Positions 54,201 to 64,000 of a stretch of DNA of 64,000 nucleotides are shown one piece after another; the first letter of the stretch is position 1; every line of letters begins with the position of its first letter. The notes beneath the pieces were generated by a model. That model was given only the letters and a program-made list of their open reading frames with translations, did not search any database and had not been told where the DNA came from. This stretch comes from Bugula neritina (lineage: Eukaryota > Animalia > Bryozoa). Where the stretch lies: positions 15,996,995-16,060,994 of the forward strand of contig OZ037765.1 in NCBI GenBank assembly GCA_964035545.1, read 5' to 3'. The position numbers and the translations under genes are program-made.

Positions 54201-54330
54201 CTCTTGATTACAAGTTGAGTGATATTAGTATAGGGAAAATTGATTACAATATTAACAATATTTACAGGCTATTATGCTGTGCCCAACTCAAGCTGATGGT
54301 CTTGTTCACTTATACAAGAGATTAATATAA
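39278..54330 (+). CDS. PSAP: Prosaposin-like saposin precursor: signal peptide + SapA + 8 SapB domains (~853 aa, 22 coding exons)
   Basis: Exons 39278-39314, 39397-39539, 39737-39823, 39934-39999, 40261-40392, 41299-41379, 42211-42276, 43500-43610, 43972-44079, 44291-44542, 44654-44806, 46582-46641, 47534-47596, 47754-47867, 50047-50298, 50410-50562, 50908-50967, 51430-51570, 51786-51963, 52880-53040, 53859-53939, 54268-54330 (2562 nt, phase-consistent). SapA: LLGTNKCTTGPSYWCDSFENAQECGATQHCMKKVW. Eight six-cysteine CxxC...C...C...C...LC repeats follow. AATAAA at ~54673. Confidence 0.93.
45406..45829. mobile_element. Short (424 bp) member of the AATAG...CTATT TIR family in a prosaposin intron
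   Basis: Imperfect ~60-bp TIRs (cccttttcagaggtccc...gagttgtggtttcccaaa / tttgggagaccacaactc...aacctttgaaaaaggtctatt). 45591-45680 resembles 55744-55833 (ttagcagttc...tgtggttttggttact). Confidence 0.7.
48694..49461. mobile_element. Non-autonomous TTAA-specific DNA transposon, Kolobok-like (768 bp)
   Basis: TTAA|AGGATTGCTCAATCTT ... AAGATAGAGCAATCCT|TTAA: 16-bp TIR with one mismatch, AG..CT termini, TTAA TSD, CpG-richer interior. Confidence 0.75.
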
Positions 54331-55548
54331 CTTCGCCATATTGGAAGCAGCCTCAACCTTACAGCTGCATATCTGTGACTTTGTGTATTGATTGAGATTA
54401 CCATTCCATCTGAACTTATCTTTTTCTTATGTGCTGATAATCTTTACACACAATATTATTTTAGTGTACTTGTTTGCTTTGATTTTGTTAACCAGACCTT
54501 ATGCTATCACCATCACATTATATTCTACTGTTACTTTCACTCATTTCTTTTCAAACATTGTAGCCTACACAATTTAGTACAAACTTTTTCAAAATGAAAT
54601 TGGTTTGCCTGATCTGATAAAATATTTTGTTTTTGTCAACATCATCGTGTTTTTTACTCTTATAATGAATGAAATAAATACATATATTCCATATGTACCT
54701 TTACCAACTTTTATTGTGTTTCCACATTCCATTTTAACAGAACTTTGTTGATTGTCTTGCCTTATTATTATGACTAAGCAACCGAGGAAATGGCATCATC
54801 TATCACTATATCAGCCTCAATGCTGGCATATACTATCTTAGTCTTATTAACTAGTTACTGGTAGATTGTTCAATGATGAGGCCTACTGTAGAGAATTCAA
54901 TAGTGACTTCTACAATACATCTTGTGATATATACCAACACATTTCCATGCTCATTTAATAAAATTGTTGTAAATAGGTGCTTAAAGACAACTAATATCTT
55001 GAAACTTTCTGATGCTTATTATGCTGAAGCATTTCTCTATATGTATAAAGATGGTTCTCCACTCACATTCTCTGGTCACAAGCAGTATTTAAATTTTCAG
55101 TCAACAGCAATAATGCTACTATTTTACATAAGCTTTATTTGTTATAAAAGATTGACATTTGCTACTAGTTACAGAGAAATTAAAATGTAAAGCATTTTGC
55201 AAATCGAAACCCATAGCAGGCTGAAACAGTATTTTGATACGCATATATACGTGTATAGAAATCCTAAATATTACAAATAGTAAAATCATAAAAAATAGTG
55301 GAAATAACTAATATACATCAAATAATCTCCCATAGATTAGGATAGTAGGTAGTATAGCTTTCGAGAGTTGGACATAAGCATTCACCTAACCAGGAGGCTT
55401 GTGACTTTTTTAGTTGTCATCACTAAAAATAATCATGTCTATGATGCCAGTTATGCCCTTATTTGATACCTGGTCTGCACGAAGGTTGCTGTTGGGTTGC
55501 ATTATTTAAAAGTTCTACCATGGTAGCCGATAGGTCATATTATCAGAA

Positions 55549-58000
55549 CAATAGGGGCTTTTCACAAGCCCTCTGGGGACATTTGTATTTTGAAGTTGTC
55601 TCCTCCCAGAAGGGCGAAGTGTAGTCTCCATGATTTATAGAACAAGCACATAAAATCAGTAGAAATTTAAGGTTTGTGGGAAGACTATTGCTAGTACGAG
55701 TTTCATTTTTTCTGAGATTAATATTTTGGCATAAGCACACAGGTTAGCAGTTCCAGAAAATTTTTAAAAATTTTCTTTCTTCAAAAATCTTGAGATAAAT
55801 TAACTTCAAAGCATGTTTGTGGTTTTGGTTACTACATGAGCAAGTTGAATTGGCAACTATGAGATAAGTCCCATTAATCATTTGTTATGCTGGCTGTCAT
55901 ATTCAATTTATAGCTGTTGACCTTTCAACTCTTTGGTCAGAATGTGCTGTTAACACAGTGTTAGAGCACTGCTACTCTGCTAGTGCACTGAATGAGACAG
56001 CAGATTAGCTGTGTTAGCATTTTCATTACACTTACACACTTATGCTATGATAATAGCTAGACTATAACCTCAACATCCATCATTTTCACAAAAAGCATTT
56101 TCACAAAGCTATAGATATATATTAAATAGACAGATTAAATTTGTAGTATAGAACGAATATGAAATGTGCTTTGATACATGTCGGTTAATTTTCTAATACA
56201 GGTTAAATGCATCTATTGCAATTGTAACAATTGTGCTCAAATAAATATATATCTAGATAATTTAATCAGAAACCGAGATAGCCTTTTAGCAGTTGGCATT
56301 CAGGCCCTTGGGTTACATGCAGCTTTGTTATTTCTTAATTATGCCTGTGGCTTGTAGCATTTAGGAGCATGCAGTAGTGAAGAAATTGAGATAGCCTAAG
56401 TTCTTTAACTTTCTTTACGAATGTTGGTGTTGCGTATAACACAACTTTTTTGCTACATTTCTAATCTAGAAAAAAGGCTTTTCTCAATTTCTCCATTAGT
56501 ACTGCATCTACCTTGTGTGTAGTAGTCATCTCCGTCAACTGCAGTAGATTCAAGATCCTAGTTAATGTATGGTAGGTTAAAGTATAGTTATATAATAAAA
56601 TGGATATACAATATAAAATAGGTAAACTAAGCTAATCACTACTGCACCTGAAAGCCCAAGTTTCCCAACTCATCAAATTGCAGCATAAACTGAATTCTCT
56701 GACAATTACTTTAGAAGGAAATTCTGGTTGAAAAGTATTAAGCAGATTCTTACAAGTGAAGCAGTGAAAGCATGTTGATAAAATTGGGTTATTAACATTT
56801 TGCTTGGGTTTTCAGTTAAACTGTTTAATGTTATAGCTCCTCAACTTCTCATGCTTCAAATATCATGAGCTAGTGTTATTGACACTCAGCTGCAGTTATG
56901 CAACTAGCTTGGCTGATCCCATGGGTCACAAAATGTTATAAAATATAAAGCCTTTCTTAAATTTGAGACTCATATTTGAATCACATAAAATTTTAGAGTG
57001 TGGCTATAAGTCACGACAGCACCAATTAGAATATTACAGGTATTATCTTAAAATAGGCATGCGCGAGGATATGTAAGTTAAAATCAAGTATAACATTTCA
57101 ATTAAATCTTTTAAATAAAACTATTAGACCTGTTGTAAAATATGCAATGAAGATTTAGAGCAGACAAAATATTTCAAGATGGATCGATACTGAATGAAAA
57201 GATGCCTGCCTAAATATAAAGTATTTTTAATAAATTTTTGCATAAACTGAGCTTTGCTTTTCTTGGTAATATTTTTCTTTTAAAGAAGTTTTAGCCATAA
57301 TATGAAACTATGTAAAGCATTTACGGTCCTTTGAACATAATGTAGCACAAACTCTTCAAAGTGTAATTAAGTGCACATGCTATCACGCATCATTTTGATA
57401 CTACAAATTTAATCTGTCTATATTTAATATATATCTATAGCTTTGTGAAAATGCTTTTTGTGAAAATGATGGATGTTGAGGTTATAGTCTAGCTATTATC
57501 ATAGCATAAGTGTGTAAGTGTAATGAAAATGCTAACACAGCTAATCTGCTGTCTCATTCAGTGCACTAGCAGAGTAGCAGTGCTCTAACACTGTGTTAAC
57601 AGCACATTCTGACCAAAGAGTTGAAAGGTCAACAGCTATAAATTGAATATGACAGCCAGCATAACAACTGATTAATGGGACTTATCTCATAGTTGCCAAT
57701 TCAGCTTGCTCATGCAGTAACCAAAACCACAAACATGCTTTGAAGTTAATTTTTCTCAAGATTTTTGAAGGAAGAAAATTTTTAAAAATTTTCTGGAACT
57801 GCTAACCTGTGTGCTTATGCCAAAATATTAATCTCAGAAAAAATGAAACTCGTACTAGCAATAGTCTTCACACAAACCTTAAATTTTTACTGATTTTATG
57901 TGCTTGTTCTATATATCATGGAGACTACACTTTGCCCTTCTGGGAGGAGACAACTTCAAAATACAAATGTCCCCAGAGGGCTTGTGAAAAGCCTCTATTG
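55549..58000. mobile_element. Foldback-type DNA transposon with ~600-bp near-identical TIRs (55549-56149 / 57398-58000) and a ~1.25-kb non-coding spacer
   Basis: By eye the arms differ by about 10 substitutions and one 2-bp indel. They also produce the mirrored ORFs 55543-55740(-) and 57809-58015(+). Ends CAATAG...CTATTG. Confidence 0.93.
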
Positions 58001-58337
58001 AAAATTGAACCGTAACTTTAACAAGAAAAAAGCGAGAGTATAAGAGGCGTAACTTCAAGTGGTGTCATAGTAATTTGCATTTTTATTATTTAATTTTGTG
58101 TTGTTTTACAGTTTTAAAATTTTTAATAAACTGAAGTCATAGTAAAAAGTATTTAAAATAACAATGAGAACAATTTTTATAGCCAGAGTTGGTAAAAATG
58201 TCTGAATATGGATGAAAAGTTTTCATTCATTGGGATGACTAGAATGGGTAGAATGAGCAGTAACACCAAGTGACCACATATCCATTTACTACATTATAGC
58301 CGTATAAATTAGCTGGTTTCCAAAAGAAGCCCAACAT

Positions 58338-60571
58338 TTAACAGTCTTTCAAAGGCAGTGCACCAAATATCTCTGCATTAGTTGGGACTTTGTGTGGCTG
58401 AGGACCAACACTAGTCCATATGAATCCTGAGTTCGGCTCTGGTGGGTGAATACTGGGAATCTTGACCAACTTAGACTGGTAGTAGTTAGCAGGAGCGTGG
58501 CATACAAACTCCATATAGTTCAACTTTCTAGGCAACTCTTCAGCAGGGCCTTCAAAAAGTATCATATCATGTAGGAATACTAGTAAATCAAACAGGACAC
58601 ACTACAGGCACCATTGTTCATGCAACCACAGCTAACAAGGCAATTCATGAAAAACTGTACAGATTTCTCCACACCAGGAAACAATCAGTAAAATTGCTCA
58701 AATAGTTGAATATATCACTAAGACTGTGAAAATTAGCCAAATGAAAATGTTAGCAAGCAAACAACAGAACTAATTAGATTGAAGAGCATGGGTGAATTTT
58801 GAGAAATATTTGCCAGAAATAAGCTACAGCTGAATAGCAAAGTTCTACAAATATTTAACATTAAGTAGTTTTATTTATTAAAAATTTAAAAGGAAGAGCT
58901 TAGGAAAGTGTCAGCTTGTAACAATGATATAAACACATTAGAACAAACAAAAAACATTCTGCTAGTGTGGCAAGTTTTCTGTTACCCAGAATGTAGGTTG
59001 AGGGGTCAAAAAAGTCTGGGTTGGTAGATGTGGTTGGCAGAAGCCAGGTTATCACTGCACTTTTTTCACAGTACTGATCTTGAAGTAAACCTTGAACTTG
59101 AGCATAATAGATGTCACCAGAGTGGTCAACCAGCGACACTATGTCACCGACTTGGTAGTAAAACCCCTGCATCACACATCCATGTATCAGGATAACACAT
59201 AATATTTTATCTATGCTATCTGTACAAAGTCTCCTAAAATGTGACAACAATTAAAAGGCATACTTTAGTATAAAAAAACTCTCATATAACCCACCCACTT
59301 ATCAATCTAATAAATGTTAGTTAAAGTAATCTGTTTGATAGTACTATTACCAACATTCATTTACAAATAATGTCAACTTAAAATAAATTATCCACCAGCA
59401 TAGTGAAACATAGAAACAGTTTGCTTATATATGACAGGTTACCTGGTGAAACAAAGAATCTCCAGTAACCACAGTAGAGACAGCATTGTGCGACTTAATA
59501 GGTGCCTATAGAAGACAACACAAATATACAGTAAAACAGTGGATGCTCTAAATGCAGAGTCATATGTCTATTAACAAACTAAAACTAGTGTAACTAAATG
59601 CTACTTTGTGTTATTACTGTCATACAGTAATTATTATTTGATTATAGAAAAACTAATTTTAAGAAAATTTTTTTTATTTGCTCACTCGTATAAAACATAA
59701 AATATGTATACTTCTAACAATAAACAATAACATATATGTTATTTTTAAAGATGAAATTATGCATAATATACACAGCATAAGACAAGAAGATAGAACACCT
59801 AAGCTGCATAAATTCATAGATAACATATTCGATGCCTGAGCAAAGAAGAAACAAACATTTAACAAAACTACACAATCTGATTACAACTACAAGCATAATT
59901 ATTACTTCCTTCAAATGATGACATAACAATCATAATTATTGCTGTGACACTTGGTGCAGTGGTATTGAAAATCTGGTTAGAACTACACCATCACTGTGTT
60001 CCCATGCTATTTTATGAATGGATTTTCCATTTGATGCAGGGGACAGTATCAATCCAATGAAACTATAACCATAGGTTCACTCAAACCACATGGGAATCTA
60101 TCTGTATGGATCCATTTGAATCATGGGAAGTTAGTGAATGTGCATGCATCAACTAATGAAAAATGTAACTGAAAAGTTAGATTTACTTACATTTCTTTTA
60201 AACATGGACCTTCTATTTTTCCCTTTGAACACATTAGCCTTGCTCTGTGCCTTACTCTTTGGTTGCTTTATCCGCATGCTTTTTCTAACTTGAGAATTTG
60301 AGGTATAACTTTTAGCGGAAGACATACTACTAAGGGCATCATTTTGTTTAGCAGCAACAATAGCAGTTCGTAGCCCTATGTGAGAACCACTTTGTAATGA
60401 GTCATTGTCACTAGCTACACTGCCAGTCTCATTCTCATCCTTAGAGGCGCTCACAGATAGGTGATTTAAATAGCATGAGTTACACATTACTATGCCAGAT
60501 TCATCTTTCCTCCACATAGGTGATTTGTTGGTTTTACAAGCAGAGCATAATGGCCTTGCTTTGGTAGGCAT
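58338..60571 (-). CDS. GATAD1: GATA zinc finger domain-containing protein 1 (278 aa)
   Basis: Exons 60571-60191, 59505-59443, 59166-58986, 58549-58338 (837 nt, phase-consistent). N-terminal CSACKTNKSPMWRK...MCNSC finger, KGKNRRSMFKRNAPIK, and BAH-like YQVGDIVSL...YYAQVQGLLQDQYCEKSAVITWLLP...FDPSTYILGPAEELPR...EFVCHAP. Confidence 0.95.
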
Positions 60572-60629
60572 TTTGTCTGAAAATATATCTTATTGTGTAA
60601 ACAACAGGTATTTAGATCTATATTAATAT

Positions 60630-61039
60630 GGGTTATTTTACTTAATTTAGTCCACACTGGAAATCTCCGGTTTTTAGCTATTTTTCACAATTTAGTTGCT
60701 AATGAACATGGATATTTTTGCCCAAAACTAGTAAAATATCAATAAATACACCTAAATAATTAAGGTTCTTCTTAATTTTGTTTTTTCCTATTTATTTAGC
60801 TAATTTGGATTGCGGATCGTTAGGAAAAAACCGTAACGTCCGCAATCAAAAGCAGCTGAATAATTAGGAAAAAGCATGAGAAATCAAGCAAAATTAGGAA
60901 AGACCTTGATTATTTAGGTGTATTTATTGATATTTTACTAGTTTTATGCAAAAATACCCATGTTCATAAGCAGCTAAATTGTGAAAAATAGCTAAAAACT
61001 GGAGATTTCCAGTGTGTACTAAATTAGGTAAAATGACCC
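60630..61039. mobile_element. Palindromic MITE (copy 2), GGG...CCC termini, 4-bp TSD ATAT; Sola2-like
   Basis: 410 bp, homologous to 17589-18010. ATAT flanks it at 60626-60629 and 61040-61043. It lies ~50 bp upstream of the GATAD1 5'-UTR splice acceptor. Confidence 0.9.
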
Positions 61040-62234
61040 ATATACAACTTTGAATGCAAAAAGTAGTTATAGAATTGAAATTTACAAAAGCAAACACAAA
61101 AGTAAAAGTATATGTCATTTATAAGCGTGGAATAAACAATCATGATTGTAACAAAAACACCAAATGCCAAAGATTTTAAAGTAATGTTACTGAAAACACA
61201 AAGCCATAAAATCAGTGCATATGTTGAATTCCAGCAAACTAGATGAGGTTATGGTTCCTGTGCATATAAAGGAGGGAAATAAAGTCAAACTGCACCTTTT
61301 GAAAACAAAAATGGCTCAGAGTTTGAAGAGTTAACGGTTTAATTTTTTCTCAGCATGCCATCAACAAACTTTACATGTAAGTTTTGAATTTAAAATATTA
61401 TGACCTTTCGTTACTAAAGGCAATGGTAATTATTACTTTCATATTTAGTATAACAGAATATCTTGCATTTGTAAAACGGACGCAGCAGCTTCCTGGAGCA
61501 AAGTTTGAACTTTCTACTAAGAAAATTAAAATATGCACATGTAGATGTAACAAAGAGGAAATTTTATTAGCATAAGCTCTTTAATCTTTTGACAAATTTT
61601 GCCTTTGAGAACTTCTTTTGCTACATTTATAACCTAAACACAGGCTTTTCTCAGTTTTTTCATTGCTGGCAAAATCTAGGCACGCATCATTCTGACTAAG
61701 TCAAGGAACCTGTCCAAAAATCTCATATTAAACTTTACTAACAAATACATTACAGAGTTACAGATGTGAGAGTTTTCCCTTTTTAAGTGACCTAAATATT
61801 TTATTTGTCATGAAATCAGGAAAGAACATAAACAGTGAGTGTGATTGCAAATGACTGTGAGTGTCAAAAGTTAACACACGATTCCAGTGCGTTTTTAGAA
61901 ACTGAATAAGAAATACAACCAAAAATTAGCAACTCAATAAATCAACTAGCACAACTCTTATTACTTATGCCATTGTGATGATAAATTATTATTAAATATC
62001 AAATAATTATATTATTATTATCTGGTTACTGTCAGCTATTGAACTTTCACTCCATGAAATTAAAAGTTTACCATATTCATATTGATATTACGATATTTAA
62101 CATAAATGTTGAAAATATTATCATAACAGTGATACTGATATTGGGATAATTGCAATAATGGAAACAATAATATAATAATATCTAAAATACGATATCATAA
62201 CTTCAACTCAGTAACTAAGTTGAAGTTATGAGTT

Positions 62235-63207
62235 GCTTGTAGAAGCATGTATGTGCTGTTGGGTGCGCAAGTATCTACTTTATCCAAACGATAAAGATCT
62301 ACTCAATACTAATCACTAAGGTTCTGAAAAGTTGTTATGCTCTGTAAAATGTAAGTAGGGTAACGCTGCTGTGAAGGAAGACATGGCCAAGGTTGTGAAG
62401 AGGTGTTATGTTTGCCAACAAATTGACCTTGCACCAATAAAATGAAAAAATGGCAAAATTTCAGTTGAAAGGACATGGGCCGGGGTGGCATCAGATATCA
62501 CCCACTTTCAAGGAGTTCCCTATCTAACAGTTAGTGATTGTGGGCTAAGCAAGTTCACAATATGAAAGCAATTGAAGAATGAAACATTTGAGACGTTGTA
62601 AGACAACTGGAACAATTGCTCTATGAGAGAAGCCCCCAAAAGAACTGCTGACTGATAATGAACTATGATTTTGCGGCGAGAAGATGATGAATTGATGGCC
62701 AAGTGGAATTTTGAGCACATATTCTGCTGTGCATATGAGCAGCAGTGAAATGGCATAGCAGAACGACATCACACAACAGTAAAGCGAATGATGGCTAGGT
62801 TGGGTCGAATTGCACAGGAAATGCTGTACTATACAACTTCTCTCCAAGAGTAGGAGGCTGCACACCAGCAGAGGAAGTGTACAAGCACAATATTCAATCT
62901 CTCTCGAATGTGACTGGCAATTCCTGTCCTCCAATTCCTGACTGGCAATTCCTGTCCGGGCACCGATTCAGGTGGGTCGGATGATCAGCACCCAAATTCA
63001 GGTCGAATATTGAACTTTTGTGCCAGGGAAGTTTTAGTATAAAAGGCTGGCATTTTCTGTTATGAATGAGTCTTGAAGAAGCATTCCTGTGGACTACTTG
63101 GAACTATTTTATCAACTACTATTCTTTCTACTTGTGAGCCCTTTTTCTCAGCAGGCTTATAATAAAGTGCTCGACATCTACCTATTCTATCTTCTCAGAC
63201 TCTTACA
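62235..63207 (+). mobile_element. Decayed Ty3/Gypsy LTR retrotransposon 3' remnant (integrase pseudogene + putative 3' LTR 63032-63207)
   Basis: Broken frames give VVKRCYVCQQID (Zn finger), W..VASDITHFQGVPYLTVSDCG, PKELLTDN and NGIAERHHTTVKRMMAR (rve core), with stops and frameshifts. A purine tract agggaag is followed by a segment with TATAAAA and AATAAA that ends in TTACA. Confidence 0.8.
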
Positions 63208-63289
63208 AAAAGTTCTATGTTCAATCAGCACGGTCACTGTCAGCAGTAGACAAACCCACACATTTACTGCAGTATAGACTATAAACATA

Positions 63290-63790
63290 GTGATTGTGAT
63301 AGTATTATTATTATTATTACAGTTTGAGTTACTACTTCAAGTTGAAGTCTAAGTGTAACATTAACTAATACTACCACTGTAAGACTAAGTGTAAGACAAA
63401 ATGAAGTAATGAAGTATAACTTAAAGTTAAACTATAAGTATAAGTATATCAGTATTACCATTACTAAGTCTAATACTAATAGTTATACTAATAATATACT
63501 GTATACGGTAGGTATTACCATTGGCATTAGGCATTACGGTTATGATTAGGCTTAGCATTACTATTAGTATTAGTATTATTTATCAGAATGAGTATCAGTA
63601 TGAGTATTACTATTACTACTACTTATCAATATTAGTATTAGTATAACTATAAGTATATCATTATGGTTATCATTATCATTGTATGATTACTAAATTCAAT
63701 ATTAAAATGAATATCAATATTAACAATAATTAAGTCATTATGATTAAGTTTAACAAAAATAAAACATATTGATATTGAATTATTAAATAC
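63290..63790. repeat. AT-rich (ATT/TAG/TAC) low-complexity tract
   Basis: Directly visible. Confidence 0.85.
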
Positions 63791-64000
63791 TAAATCTATA
63801 TCCGTGGTAGAGGGCACTGAGAGTTACAGTGTCAGTAATGGTCTGATAATCATAATAAATATAACAATAAAGATACTAAATGATAGTTATTAGTTTGCTA
63901 TGGCTTCAATAGCTTCTCTGATTCTACTTTGGCTACTCTTACCCTGCTCAAGTTCGGAGGCAGTTACAAAGTTTTGTAAGAAGTGACATTACTTAGAGTT

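Noticed and set aside
55543-58015. Two near-identical 65-68 aa ORFs (MCLCQNINLRK...) suggesting a duplicated small gene
   Set aside because: They are mirror images from the inverted arms, start at GTG and have no recognisable domain.

Overview
AT-rich, intron-rich metazoan (invertebrate-type) nuclear DNA, not prokaryotic. Four spliced protein-coding genes can be rebuilt exon by exon with consistent splice phases: a RADIL/afadin-like RA-RA-FHA-DIL gene (- strand, runs off the left edge), RAB3GAP1 (-, 20 coding exons, ~970 aa), an expanded prosaposin (+, 22 coding exons, ~853 aa, SapA + 8 SapB) and GATAD1 (-, 4 coding exons, 278 aa). Mobile DNA is diverse: a young 5'-truncated CR1/L2-group LINE, a tRNA-derived SINE with a 17-bp TSD, two palindromic MITEs with 4-bp TSDs, a TTAA-flanked Kolobok-like element, a mini-Helitron and a decayed Ty3/Gypsy remnant. 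There is also a family of three long-TIR (foldback) elements with AATAG...CTATT ends; one has ~600-bp near-perfect arms and another hides a SAP-domain reading frame missing from the ORF track. The most unusual signals are patchy gene-conversion-like homogenisation inside prosaposin and this foldback family. I do not see firm evidence for a wholly new biological system. All family assignments come from motif recognition by eye, without database searches.
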